Assembly: GCA_002269645.1 (NCBI GenBank) | Contig: NIVC01001020.1 | Span: 186,001-250,000, forward strand | From: Macrostomum lignano | Lineage: Eukaryota | DNA: 64,000 nt | Direction of reading: 5' to 3' | In this document: piece after piece, positions 32,172 to 45,500 of the stretch | Layout: every line of letters starts with the position of its first letter | Numbering within the stretch: the stretch's first letter is position 1 | Translations under genes and position numbers: made by a program | Notes under the pieces: model-generated | What the model was told of the DNA's origin: nothing | The model's database searches: none | Seen by the model: only the letters and a program-made list of their open reading frames with translations

Positions 32172-35100
32172 GATGGCATGCAAGCGAGGCAGTGACCAAT
32201 TAGTGAATTGCTTCTATTAAACAAAGAGTCTAAGTACTGCTCATGATTTACATCAAAAATCTGTTTTTTAAATCCATGATAATTGATATTTGATAATAAC
32301 AAAATTAGCTTTAAACTACACAGCTGATTAACTGCACTCAAAGCCTCAAATATCAAAGAAAAGAATTTTCTTTTTTTCTTTTCAAGAAAAATCCTGCTTT
32401 TATAATGAGATCTAATGGCATAATATTTAAGCTAGGTATTTTGCCTGACTATCAAATTAGATGATTTTTTTCGAGAAATGATAGTCATAATTATTAGAAT
32501 GTCCTGTACAATCTAAGAATTTTGAACTTTGATGCATTTTCAAGGACCCAATCTAATAAAAAACTGTAAAAACTTTCAACTAGCTCTATAACAGGTTATA
32601 TAAGAAGGCCTGCTCCAATTAAATTTATTTTGGACAACATTTGGCTAACATTTGGCTTAACATTAGACAAACCCAATATTTTAAATAATAATAATAATAT
32701 ATTTTCTAATACCATTTTCTTCTAGTCTAGACCTTAATTTTTAGACCAAAGCAAATTGTTTTCCATCTTTAAAAATAAAAAGTAGTCTTAGTACAAAACA
32801 ATATATTACCTTAATATATATATAAACCAATATATTACCTTGGCTTAGGCACTTATATAAACATAGGCCTATTTTATATTTGGGTTTCTTGACAGGCAAC
32901 ATATTTTCTTAACAGATATTTTTTCTTTCAAACAGATAATTTAAACAAAAAATGATTTAATGTTTTGTGATATTCTACTTACTCTGATGCCACATTCAGC
33001 TTTAAAAATTTATAAACAGAAATTTTCTGTCCTAAAGAAAAAAAGAATGACATAAATGCAAAGTGTCAAAACATACAAGCACAACATTGGGAATCAGCCA
33101 GCCATTTCTATTGGCAACACACATATCTAAGTTGCTATTGACTGAGAGCAATCATGTGACTACTATTCCATCCAATAGCAACTTAAATGTGTGTGTTGCC
33201 AATAGAAATAGCTAGGTGAATCCCTAGGTTGCAAACAAAGGCCCAAGCATATATCAAAAGATAAATTCAGTAGCACCCCTTATAAACACATTTTGGAAAC
33301 AAATATCTTGGGAAATACAAAAGACAATCATGTGTCTAAGATGTCATTGCAAAGCTGAGACATGCATCAAAAAGTGATAAAAGTTTTTAGAGCAAATAAT
33401 TAAAGCATAGAAACAGCCATAAATCAATTTTTGGTTGATTGTAGGTGGTTAAAGATTGTTGATTAACTTAAATCAAATGGCTAGACCTAGCTAAACTGAC
33501 TCTAGAGACATATGGCTAGCTTACTGGCTATGGTTTGATATCAGCATTACAGCATATAAGGTAGGTAAGCCTATGTTAGGGTAAAGCTAATACTAAATAT
33601 TTATAGATAGCCTAAGATAGGCCTAGGCTTAGCCTAGGGCCTATAACTAGATTTTTATTTAAAATTTAAGATATACATTGGCAAATCAACTATTACTGTG
33701 CACTGCAGGATAGCCTAATTGAGTAATGACTCAATATCAGTCCTTGATGCTTGCACTAGCTGGCCTGGCCAATGCTAAGTCATACAATTGAGGCAAGGGA
33801 TCTAGGTAAACTTGTCAACTTTTTATTCATTAACTATGTTGACAAGTTTACCACAGTTTGTACAGCGTATAATTAATGTGCAGCATAATAAAGTGTATCA
33901 AAGTTAGAGATGCAAACAAAAGCAAAAGCAATATAAAGTTTTAATTTGTATATGTATAAAAAAGAAATATTTAACATTCTTTTATTAAATTAAAATTAGT
34001 AAAACTGATTGACATTGAAATTGAACAAGATTTGGGATCATAACTAGATCTTTTTTTAGATCTAGACGTCTAAACTAATTGCTGTTACCCTTCTTGTTGT
34101 TTACATGGAAGATTCTTGGTTTTATTGTTTTTTTAATTTTATTGTATCTCATATTTTATCACTTTTGTAAATGGTAGAATGCTAGGTGGTATGCGCTACT
34201 GTCTCTTTTCTAGTCAATCTATCAAAAAGACATTCTAGCAACAGAAGATCTGCCAATCTGGCAACAGTAAAGGCATGGTCCTGTGCCTAAAAATCAGCAT
34301 TACAATGACACGGCTTAGTTCATTGGTTTTATGAATCTATTTTATCTGTCTGTCTATTAAAATAGCTGCACATACTATATAGTGCTGACGAATTTACTAC
34401 CAGTTGACAAATTTACCAGTTGATGAATTTACCATACAGCTAGGCCACTTGATGAAAAAAAGTTGACAAGTTTACCAGCACCTGAGGTGGGGGCATTTTG
34501 CAAAAGAAATTGTTTTATCATTAGTTGACACCAATGAAATGAGTCCATTTAGCAGTGTGAATTGCTGCCTGCATTGAGTTCGGGTTCCAGGAAATTTTGT
34601 CAACAGGCAATGCATCAACTAGCATTTTGTTAATTGGCATTTTGTCAATTGGACTTTATGGCAACTGGACATTTGGTTCCAGCCAAATATTATTTGTCTG
34701 TCATGTTAAGCCATTAACATTAACATTTTGAAGTTTAAGTTTTGAGTTCTAGTTTTATCATAGAGAATATTGAAACTGGAACCATGTGCATGGTATGGTA
34801 TTCCTATCCAAACAAATGAACAACCATGGATTTCTATGTTTTATAGCCTATAGCGGCTATAGGTGTATTTTGCAGAGTGAACTATATCTAGTAGCCGTAG
34901 TAGGTATGTTAGTATCTGTGGTACCAGTTAATTTTAAAAGTAGATGAATAGCTAAAATTTAAGGGTAAGGAATACTGCCCACACTAAGAGACACAAAGAG
35001 AAGAAGGATATGAAGTATAAAAATGCGAATAAATTCGTAGGACCAAACATTTCTACGAAAATTTGCTTCTAAGAAATATCCACGTTTAAAACAAATTGAC

Positions 35101-35409
35101 ATCGCATTACCACTTCTCAAATTCCCTGGCTGGTGCAGTTACAATAATTAGCTGCAATTTGCTGAGTTGCCTTCATGACTGGTTGACGAAATGCCGGTTG
35201 ACGAAATGGCGGCTGACGAAATGTCCGGTCACATGAGTTCATGCGCGTCAGACATGTCCCCCCAGTAAAAGAAATGGGGGGACATGCCAATTCTTTGACC
35301 CCCCCCTACCCCACCTTGTGACCCGGGTCGAGGTAATAATCAATAATAATCAATAATTTTTCTTCAGGGCGCAGAATAAAGCGCTTTGGGCGCCAAAATG
35401 GGTGCCTAC

Positions 35410-37509
35410 GGCGCTGTCGGAACCGGGGTGGGGGCACGGGGGTGGGGCTGGAGGCCCCCTCTCATTTTAGCATGATCCTGTAAGTGCCCCTTTGACATTT
35501 AAACAAGTGTTGGTCGGTTTTGGGCTTTGGCTTTTCTGAGCCTTGGGATGGTAGCTAAGGGTACAACTGCGCATGGAGCGAGAGGGCACCGTTGCTACAC
35601 CCTAAGAGATCAATGTACATGTAAGAATAAAGAACGTACAGCGGCCAGTGGGTAGGGATGGGTAAACCTCTTATTTCGCCGATTCTCGTTTCGCCGATTC
35701 TCGTTTTGCCGAATCTCATTTTGCCGATTCTCGGTTGGCCGAAATTCTCATTTGCACGGATTCTCGTTTGGCCGAAATAATTTTATATATTTTAACATTT
35801 ATATATTTTCATAACCATCTGGAACATTAGACCATCGACAACTACACTAATTCAAGTGTCTCTGCAAGATCAGACTATGCAGAAGGAAGAATTCTTGATT
35901 TAAAATTTATTTTTCAAGCCATTTAGACATCTATAGGCTTGAATCTATCTACACATCTATACATCTATATATCTACAAGCCATAAAGACAAACTTTTTAC
36001 CCCAAGGGCCAGATTGAGAACCTAGCGCATGACTGTCAGGGACTTCTGGGCCCGCTTCGCTGGGAAATACGAGCGAAAGGAGAAAGGAGAGGCGAAGGAA
36101 TAAAGGAGAAGAGAGTAGACGAGAGGAGAGATGAAATAGGAGAGGAGAGGGGAGATAAATGAGGAGAGGAGAGACAAAATAGAAGAGTGAGGGGGGAAGG
36201 AGAGGAGAGAAGAGTGAAGAGAGAAGAGAATGGAGAGTAAAAAGGGAGATGAGAGGAGTGAAGAGAGGAGAGGAGAGAGGTGAGGAGATGAGAGGAGAGG
36301 ATAGGAGAGAGGTGAGGAGATGAGAGGAGAGGATAGAGGTGAGGAGAGGAGAGAGATAAGGAGATGAGAGGAGAGAAGAGGAGAGAGGTGAGGAGATGAG
36401 AGGAGAGGATAGGAGAGAGGTGAGGAGATGAGAGGAGAGGAGAGAGGTGAGGAGATGAGAGGAGGAGAGAGGTGAGGAGATGAGATGAGAGGAGAGGAGA
36501 GAGGTGAGGAGAGGAGAGAAGTGAGGAGATGAGAGGAGAGGAGAGAGGTGAGGAGATGAGAGGAGAGGAGAGAGGTGAGGAGATGAGAGGAGAGGAGAGA
36601 GGTGAGGAGAGGAGAGAGGTGAGGAGATGAGAGGAGAGGAGAGAGGTGAGGAGAGGAGAGAGGTGAGGAGATGAGAGGAGAGGAGAGAGGTGAGGAGATG
36701 AGAGGAGAGGAGAGAGGTGAGAAGATGAGATGAGAGGAGAGGAGAGAGGTGAGGAGATGAGAGGAGAGGAGAGAGGTGAGGAGAGGAGAGAGGTGAGGAG
36801 ATGAGAGGAGAGGAGAGAGGTGAGGAGATGAGAGGAGAGGAGAGAGGTGAGGAGATGAGAGGAGAGGAGAGAGGTGAGGAGATGAGAGGAGAGGATAGAG
36901 GTGAGGAGATGAGAGGAGAGGATAGAGGTGAGGAGATGAGAGGAGAGGATAGAGGTTAGGAGAGGACAGGAGGGAATATGAGAAGAGTGAGATGAGAGAA
37001 GAGATACAAACCCTGAGCGGGCCGGATTGCTATTGTGAAGATTCAAAGGACCTGAGGGCCGATTAGAGAGGCTTTGCGTGCCGCATGTGGCCCGCGGGCC
37101 AGAGATTGACAACCAATGTTTTAGTATTTAGCCCTTTTACTTTGGCGTTTAGCTGTTATTAAAATTCCGAGTCTGCCGCAATCCAAAGACTTAATTACCA
37201 CTGCTGGCGCTGCAACCAAAATCACTAAAATGCCGTCAGCTAAAAGAATAAAGAGACAATTGAAGAGATCCAGAAAATTAACTGGTCTTGCCCTTCCAAT
37301 TTTCATTCACTAAATAAATTGATAGTTCAGTACAGACGACGTTGCGCAATGTCTGAATTTGTTGAAAATTCGAGCCTTTTCAGACTTTTGGCTATACTTC
37401 CAACACAGAATTGAATTTTGGCCTGGTTGTCACAGGTGCCCTTAAAGATAAAAAATTATGTTCAATGTGCAGCCCTCCCCCCACTTTGAAATATGTTCCG
37501 ACACCGCTG
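35410..37509. mobile_element. Possible hAT-type non-autonomous element nested in a GTGCCTGCGGCGCCAAAATGA-repeat MITE
   Basis: Degenerate TIRs GGCGCTGTCGGAAC and GTTCCGACACCGCTG. Flanks GTGCCTAC and GTGCCTGC give a 7/8 match to an 8-bp TSD. Confidence 0.3.
36100..37000. repeat. Purine-rich (GA-rich) simple repeat, core unit about GAGGAGAGGAGAGAGGTGAGGAGATGA
   Basis: About 900 bp almost free of C. It generates the spurious Ser/Leu/Pro ORF 36036..37112. Confidence 0.95.
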
Positions 37510-38658
37510 GTGCCTGCGGCTTCAAAATGAGTACCTGCGGCGCTAATGTAGAATGAGCGTTGACAACACGATTCTCACAATAATGGAAATGTTGAATTTA
37601 GTCATGTACCATGTAACATGTTAAATTCTTGGTTTTGTCCTCCCGCCATAAAATCCATATGGCGACGCCCCCTGCCTGAGTTCGCACGATAATGCCGGAC
37701 GAAAATCGCGCAGTTAAACCTCGTGAAAATCCGCCGGGTTTCTCCGTCTGCCGGGGTCCTCAATTCCGGGGGGGGAGGTTACTCCTGTCGTGATCGAGCG
37801 GTCGTAAATTTGGCACAGTCGTTCAGGTTCTCTGTCACCCGAGTTCAATGTACGTCGATTTGCGTTAGTGCTTACTAAGAGTAGCGTATGCTGCCACCAC
37901 CGTAATTAACGTATTACAGACAATTGCATTAGCTTCTCAGAGCTCGTTTGGAGTTGAGAAATTGGTTGTTTTACGCCCCACGGGCAAAATATTCAAGATA
38001 AATGCCACTGGTTTATTGATCAAATAATAAATATTACTTGATTCGGTTTATTGTTCAGCCGAATATCAATACCAGACAATGATTAAGTTCGGCGATGATC
38101 AAACCCACGGGGATGAAGCCTGCATGCAGAGCCGCAGTGCGGTTGAGGCTAAGGTTGTAAAGAGCTGAGAGCAAATAAGTCACCGGAAATTTACAAGTTA
38201 AGCAAGTACATGTATAAATAGCAGATTAATGAGTCAGGGAAAATGGTCAAATAACGAGGTAAAACCAAGTCGAAGTACATGTACATGTAATGCGCTGGTG
38301 TACTACCGGTCGTTAAATATTAAGAGAAAATTCATGCAATGAAAAAGGCGTTTACACGGTGGGCACATAGAGGGGTTCCGGCTATGGGCCACGCAAGCCC
38401 TACACACACACGGTCACGGCCAGAAGACACAACAAAAGCAAAAGGGCCAAAAAGAGGGCATGGCGAAGGACCAAAACGCTGAAAACCAAAACCAGGAAAG
38501 GGAAGGGAAGATGTACGAAATTTTCCATCATCGGGTGCACTTCAGGGTAGTGGAATTTGGCCGAACCTGCAGATAGAAAAGTTCAAACGAAAAAGAACAC
38601 GAGTGGTAGTTAAAATGCCTGTCTCGGCTTACACTACTCTGGGTGCCGGGTCCTCTTG

Positions 38659-39534
38659 TCATTGTTGGCCGGTGGCACTTCCTCCGCGTTGGGCCCGGCT
38701 GCCGCCTCGGGCCTTCGCTGAGCTGGCCACGCGGGCACTTCTGAGCATCTGCTCCAGCGTCAGCAGAGGGGCCTGCCCGCAGGCGGCGACGTGGTCAACG
38801 GCGATTCCAAGCATGCTGCAGGCGAGGCCTATCTGGGGGCCGTTGGTTTCTACCCGGAGATGGTCGCCAAGGATGTCGGCGGCGACGTCGACTGCCAGCA
38901 CGGCAGCATGGGGGCCGTATCGACTGGCGAGGCGGCTCCAGTGGCGGCAGTCGCTCACCTGGTCGAGGTTGGTCAAATCGCGCAACTCCCACAGTAGGAG
39001 CTCCACCAGTAGCTGAGCCGGAGCGGCCGGAGCTTCTCTGGCAGCGTCCGATCCCGGGGGCCAGCCTAGGATGTCGACTGACTGGCCGTCGTGGCTGACA
39101 TATAGCCGCTCTGGCCTCTTCTCCAGTGCCGCGTCCCAGAAAGCACGGAGACGGGGCATCCATCCGGTCCGTAGATGGCCGGCCTCCCAGTAGGCCAGGG
39201 TCACAAATAACGCCAGGGCCGGTCGCGGCCGTCCCCACTGCTGCACACAATTCTCGGCTCGTTGTAGTAGGCTGCCGAGAACGTCCCGCGTTAGGTCAGG
39301 TCCCATTCGGCGGCACATGGCCCGCCAGGGCCCGTCGACTTGCACCCGGCCCTTTCGGGCGGCTTGATAATAGGCTTCATCGAGGGCCGCTGTCAGGTGG
39401 GCACGAGCTAGCGCAGGGTTGGCTTCGGTGGCAGTGTTGGCGGCTGCCGTCAGAGCTTCGGCCGGTCGGAGCCACGGGGCCCGCGGTGGTGTCGGCACCA
39501 GCGGCGGCTTCTCTTCCATAGGAGTGTCGTCCAT
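38659..39534 (-). CDS. Unassigned intronless ORF, about 291 aa (MDDTPMEEKPP...), Ala/Leu/Arg/Trp-rich, probably helical
   Basis: Uninterrupted non-repetitive GC-rich ORF in AT-richer flanks, with ATG at 39534 preceded by a pyrimidine tract and AG. No recognised motif. Confidence 0.55.
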   Translation of the reverse strand: MDDTPMEEKPPLVPTPPRAPWLRPAEALTAAANTATEANPALARAHLTAALDEAYYQAARKGRVQVDGPWRAMCRRMGPDLTRDVLGSLLQRAENCVQQWGRPRPALALFVTLAYWEAGHLRTGWMPRLRAFWDAALEKRPERLYVSHDGQSVDILGWPPGSDAAREAPAAPAQLLVELLLWELRDLTNLDQVSDCRHWSRLASRYGPHAAVLAVDVAADILGDHLRVETNGPQIGLACSMLGIAVDHVAACGQAPLLTLEQMLRSARVASSAKARGGSRAQRGGSATGQQ

Positions 39535-40480
39535 GTCGATGCAGGCAGGCAAGCAATAAACTAAGATCAAGCAAAGAATAAGCAATAGGAAAAATATTTA
39601 CAGGGGTGGCTAAATAGGAGGGCAAAAAATACAAGATTTAACGCAGCTGATGAGAAGTAATTGACGAAGGCTGTGCTGTGGGAATTTACAAATTAAAATC
39701 ACGAGCTGGTCAGCTTGCACCTTAAATACTCGGAGGCGGTCCAACGGTTGGAAATGCAGCACCCCGCGTGTACTCTGCTGGGGCACGCATGGAGGTGGGG
39801 TGGGGGATGAAAACCAAGGAGCAATAAAATTCCGCGAGATAGGGGGGGGGGGGGTCTGGCGCCTCCTATCTAGGGTTTAGGCTGCGGTATCAGTTTGAAT
39901 TTAAAAGGAGGGTTGAGTTAGTTGAAGGGGCCAAGCATTTCCTATAAACATAGGGTTAGAAAACTGACTGTAAGGAGTTGGGGCTCCTATTGGTTATGAT
40001 GATAGTTACAACAAAGGGCACAAATCGCAAAGGGCACTGGGGATTGGCGGCAACAACTGCGGGCCGCCCGCACAGCAAATTTCCCACGCTCGAAATGAAA
40101 CGCAGATTGGGGCCACAGTTCACCTCAAATGCCCCCACCGGGAATTCAAGGCCTTGCTTAAACAAAGGGGCCTGACCCGACCCGAGTGCGGCTGGCAAAA
40201 ATTTAGTTTGAACTTTTAGCGTTAATTGCAAAATTTGGAAGAAAATACCTCAGCCCAGTAATGGCTACTGAGAAGGTTCTCAAATAAAATTTCATTTTGC
40301 CTAAAGCATAAGGGAAAAGGGGAGGACTTTGACCGTGTGCAGAGAAAGTGTTCAGAGTTCAGGGGGTTTTCGCGAAGCAATCGAACAAAAGGTCTTCCAT
40401 AACGCAGAGGATAAATATGATAACGCTAAAGTGCATGCTTTACCGCGCATAAGGATAAATATGAAGCGCAAAAATGAGCA

Positions 40481-40690
40481 TGACTGCGGACAAAATGACG
40501 ACGGACAATTTTTGACTGCCGACAATTTTTGACTGCCACAATTTGACTGCTGAGCAATTTGACTGCCACAATGACTGCCACAATTTGACTGCCACAATTT
40601 GACTGCTGAGCAATTTGACTGCCACAATTTGACTGCTGAGCAATTTGACTGCCACAATTTGACTGCCACAATTTGACTGCGGACAAATTC
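40481..40690. repeat. 14-16-bp repeat array (GACTGCCACAATTT / GACTGCTGAGCAATTT / GACTGCGGACAAAAT)
   Basis: Visible tandem units, reverse-complementary to the array at 41461..41772. Confidence 0.9.
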
Positions 40691-40843
40691 CCGAACTCCA
40701 TAATTTTCTATGGAATTGTCTGCTATAAATAAAAAGCACCCGCCATTGCATTTACTCAAGCCTGGCATGACTTTCCATACTGAAAAATTGAGCAAAAGTA
40801 AACCAAAGTACCGTACCGCCCTTTACACCTCATTTATTTGAAC

Positions 40844-41079
40844 CAGTGGCGTAGCCGGGGGGGCCGCGGCCACCCCTAATCGCCTGGGTGGGGGGGTGGG
40901 GTTGGGCGCGAGGGGTACCAAAAACCATGAGGCAATTGAGTGCCTGAGGCGCTAAAATGAGTGCCTGCGGCGCCAAAATGAGTGCCTGTGGCGCCAAAAT
41001 GAGTGCCTGCGGCGCCAAAATGAGGTGGCATGGCCAGCCAAGCCACCCCCCCCAATTGAAATTCCTGGCTACGCCACTG
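40844..41079. mobile_element. hAT-superfamily MITE (236 bp)
   Basis: Perfect 13-bp TIR CAGTGGCGTAGCC / GGCTACGCCACTG and perfect 8-bp TSD ATTTGAAC on both sides. Internal 21-bp repeats GTGCCTGCGGCGCCAAAATGA. Confidence 0.92.
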
Positions 41080-41460
41080 ATTTGAACCCCGCTAAAAACT
41101 AAAATATGTCCTTCAGGCCTTTCGTACAACAGCGTTTAAGCTTTCCAGAAGTTTCACCATAAGTCTGATTAGTTAAAAAAAATAGGTTTCTGCAATTTCA
41201 ATTTACTGCTCACACGTATTTAACTACTCGCAACCGCGGTTAAGAGTAGCTACCTCAGATTCAAATTCTTGTGCACGACTTCAAGATTCTTTGGAAATTA
41301 AGGTATTTTACAAGAAACAAAAACTTTTACCTTAGAACTGTGGTCTTGTATTATAAACCTGGTATTGTATTCTGTTCTACATCATTCTAAATACAGTATT
41401 TCACTGAAAGACACATACATGTAGACTAAAAAAGGGTGACAACGTGCTAAACTTTAGGAG

Positions 41461-41772
41461 CGTCATTTTGTCCGCAGTCATTTTGTCCGCAGTCATTTTG
41501 TCCGCAGTCATTTTGTCCGCAGTCATTTTGTCCGCAGTCATTTTGTCCGCAGTCATTTTGTCCGCAGTCATTTTGTCCGCAGTCATTTTGTCCGCAGTCA
41601 TTTTGTCCGCAGTCATTTTGTCCGCAGTCATTTTGTCCGCAGTCATTTTGTCCGCAGTCATTTTGTCCGCAGTCATTTTGTCCGCAGTCATTTTGTCCAA
41701 TTGTGGCAGTCAAATTGTGGCAGTCAAATTGTGGCAGTCAAATTGTGGCAGTCAAATTGTGGCAGTTAAATT
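41461..41772. repeat. 15-bp array (GTCATTTTGTCCGCA) x about 16, then 14-bp array (CAAATTGTGGCAGT)
   Basis: Perfect tandem copies, the source of the DKMTA/VILSA-repeat ORFs. Confidence 0.95.
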
Positions 41773-41780
41773 GCCGAAGT

Positions 41781-42295
<515 letters not shown>

Positions 42296-42529
42296 CGCAA
42301 AATTAGTATATAGACTGCTTTTACCCTTTACTCTTGAGCATAAGGTCACATTAGAAAAACTGAAACGCAGCTTTCAACACGTTTAGGAGAAATCTTTCAA
42401 TAACAGCAAAGTAAAATCGGACGCAATTCGCAAATACTACTACTAATAATAACGCGCGCAAACTTAACAGTTGGTTTCTAAGGCTCAAATTTAATTTCTC
42501 GGTTAATTACAATTAAGATTTCAGATTTC

Positions 42530-45500
42530 AATCTCGCCTCCGATCTCGGGCAGATCCGGGTCTCTTTCGGACAGAACTTCCGGGTGCCTCAGGCCCGGCT
42601 CGAACAGGCTGTTCCGGAGCGGGCTGCTCGGCTGGCTCCATATCGCTGCATGTCTTCGCTGGACTCAGGGCAGCATCGGCCCTGTCAGCCATCATCTGCG
42701 GCTTAATCCAGTACGCCACTTCTCCAACTTTCTTGACGACCTTGTACATGCTCTTATACGGCCGGCCGATGGAACTTTGGCAGCTCTCCCAGTTCGAGCT
42801 GCGGGTTGGCTAGGCAGACAAGGTCGCCGGGCTGCCGTTCTTGAAAGAATCTTCTCGGCGCTGGATCTCTGCTCGTACTCGTAGTCGTACAATCCCCTCC
42901 GTCTCGGCCAGTTCTTCGCTGATGTTTGGCGATTTTCTCCGGGAGGTCGGCAGCTACGTCCAGTCGGTCTAGGCCAGGTGTTATCGATCGGGTACCGATA
43001 GGGCACACTCTGTCAGACGATGTAGTGCGGCGAGAATCCTGTTGTACGATTGACTGCTGATCTCAGGGCTGTCAAAGCGGCTGGCAGCATCTTGTCCCAC
43101 TGTTGATACTCTTCCAGGAGACAAGTGAGAGCCTTCTTAATGTTCTTGTTGCACAATTCGGCTTGTCTATCAGCCCAGGGCGGTTTCGTCGTTTGTCGGA
43201 TGCCATGGACTTCGAATAAATGACGGAACACGTGCCCTGTGTACTTTCCCTTGATCAGAGTGGATCCATGCTGGGATTCCAGTGATCGGAACACTTTGTC
43301 CCTGCAGTAAAGTTATAATAGTCTTGGCCCGCTGATTATTCATGGCGAAGGCGAAGGGATATTTCGACGTCGTGTCGACGTAGGTCGGGATGTACTTGTT
43401 GCCTCGGTCTGTCTGGATCTTCAGTGGGGCCTAGGATGTCGATCGCACATCGCTTACAGATTTCGCAGACCGGAAACGAATGTTTATGCGCCGGAATTCG
43501 TCGCCGTCCTTTGCTCTGGGTGAATGGCAGGAAGCGACATAGTCGGACACTGTTATAGCTAGGGCAGGTCGCCAGAACCGTTCGCGCACTTTAGCTGTGG
43601 TGAGATCTCGGCCCATGTGTCCGCAGTACGGCGATCCATAGAGATTGGCGAACACTGTGGCGTCGAGACTCTTCGGCAGGACGATCCGCGCTGTTCCTTC
43701 GTCGTCGGCGTCGTCTAGGTGTACTACTAGCAGACTATCGTCTCGGACTTCGAGCTGGTCGTAGAATGCTAGGAGATTTTGCTCGTCTCTCGTCATATTC
43801 AGTCGCTGATTGAGCGGTGGCTTCGGTTGATCGCTTTCGAGTAGATCGATCACCATGGCGATGACAGAGCGATGGCACCGACTGCAGCACCTGCAACAGG
43901 AACAGGAGCTGTCAGCGTCGCTGCTGAACCTCACTTTCTTCTTGAACTTAGCAGTGCGAACGGGTTGGCAGCTGTCGTCTAGGGCTGCACTGTGGTCGCT
44001 GTCCTTGTAGTCTCCAGCTAGTAGGCGGCGGCTCTTGTAGGGCAACGTGTCGGGCTACTGAACCGGGTTGGCGACACTTGAGAGTCACGGTAACGGCGGG
44101 CTGGTGACCTCGGCTGATGCAGCTCTGTCAGCGGCTTGCTGTCGGCTGTCGGGGTTGCTGGCGGCGTCGCCTCTTCGTTGAACTCTTTCTTAGCCGGCGG
44201 TCTCCGTCTCTTTCGGCGGGCAGGCGTCTTCTGACTTGGTGGAGAGCCTGAGTGGCTGCTGTCGTGGACCTTCGGCGCCACTGAGCAGGGTGTCGCTGCT
44301 GGCTGCTTACTTTGGTCTTCGTCCGCGGCTTATCTTTGAGCCTCCTCCAGACATTCGGCTCGCGTGTAGCGAAGTGGGGCGGCAGTGCCGTTCTTGAAGA
44401 ACAGCATCCCGGTTGCGAGATCTAGAGAGTTGCCGTGCTTCAGGGTCAATTTCAATTAAATAGCGTCCCTGAACTTCACCAGTTAGAAACGGATCTTTTC
44501 GAGGGCGCTTGAGTGCAGACGTCTGTACAGGTGCAAAGGCTGTCTCAGCAGTGACCTGCTGAGCGACTAAGGTCCTGGCCGGGGACTTTAGTGCTGGCTC
44601 TGCTGCTGGACGGCGCTGCATCCGACGACGTATACCAGCCGCTCCGTTTCCCGAACTGCTGTTGCGCTGGGACGCGGTGCTGGCGGTCCGTCGGTGCGGG
44701 CACTCGTCGGCGCGCTGGTGCTCACTGTTTACACCTGTAGCACATCGCGTTCTGCCGCCGTAGCTGATAGGACGGCGTACGTGAACTCTGCGGTTGCTGC
44801 TGCTGCTGCTGCTTCTGGCTTCGTTGATCTCCTGCGGGCGGTGTCCTTGGTGGCGGGTTGCTGCCATCTCGCGGCTGAAGTCGCTGCTGAAGCGTTGCTG
44901 AAGTCGATGGAACTGGCGATGCTGCACATGTCTGGTGCCAGATTTCGTGACTTGGGTGCCTTCGTCAAGGCAAGGAACCGGGGGCGTCAGACATCGGTTG
45001 CGCTGGGCCCAGGAATCCCGCGGCTGATGGCGAGTCGGTTCCCACGGCTCGTGGGTGTCGATATTGCGCGATCCCAGCGAGTGGAACTCTGGCAACTCGT
45101 TGCTCAGGGCTTCCAGAATTCGGCGCTGCTCTTGAAGAGTCTCGGTTTGGCGTTCCATCACCTCACGCAACCAACTTTTCTCGGGCCGAGTTGACTTGTC
45201 GTGTTGCACTCCAGTTGGTGACTGAATATCGTCATCCTCGAGAACCCGGACATGTCGTGCTGGCAGCGCTACTCGTTGAGCCAGGCTAGCTGCTGTCTCA
45301 AGGCGTAGGACAGCCCGTCTCGCTGCGGAAAGATTCTGCGGACGCACCAGGAATAGGGATTAGCTGCTCTCTCGCTGATTGGGCAACCCGGACTCCCACG
45401 GTGAACTGGTCCACCAGATCAGCCTGCTTCTGGGCTGGCGTGAAGTGCGGGAATGCTCGATCAGCCAGAGAAATTAGTCGATAGCAGTAGTCGTCAACGC

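Noticed and set aside
44307-45347. 346-aa ORF as an independent novel gene
   Set aside because: Its N-terminal part aligns with the Gag C-terminus of the full element and it crosses a frameshifted zinc knuckle, so it is part of the decayed gypsy relic.
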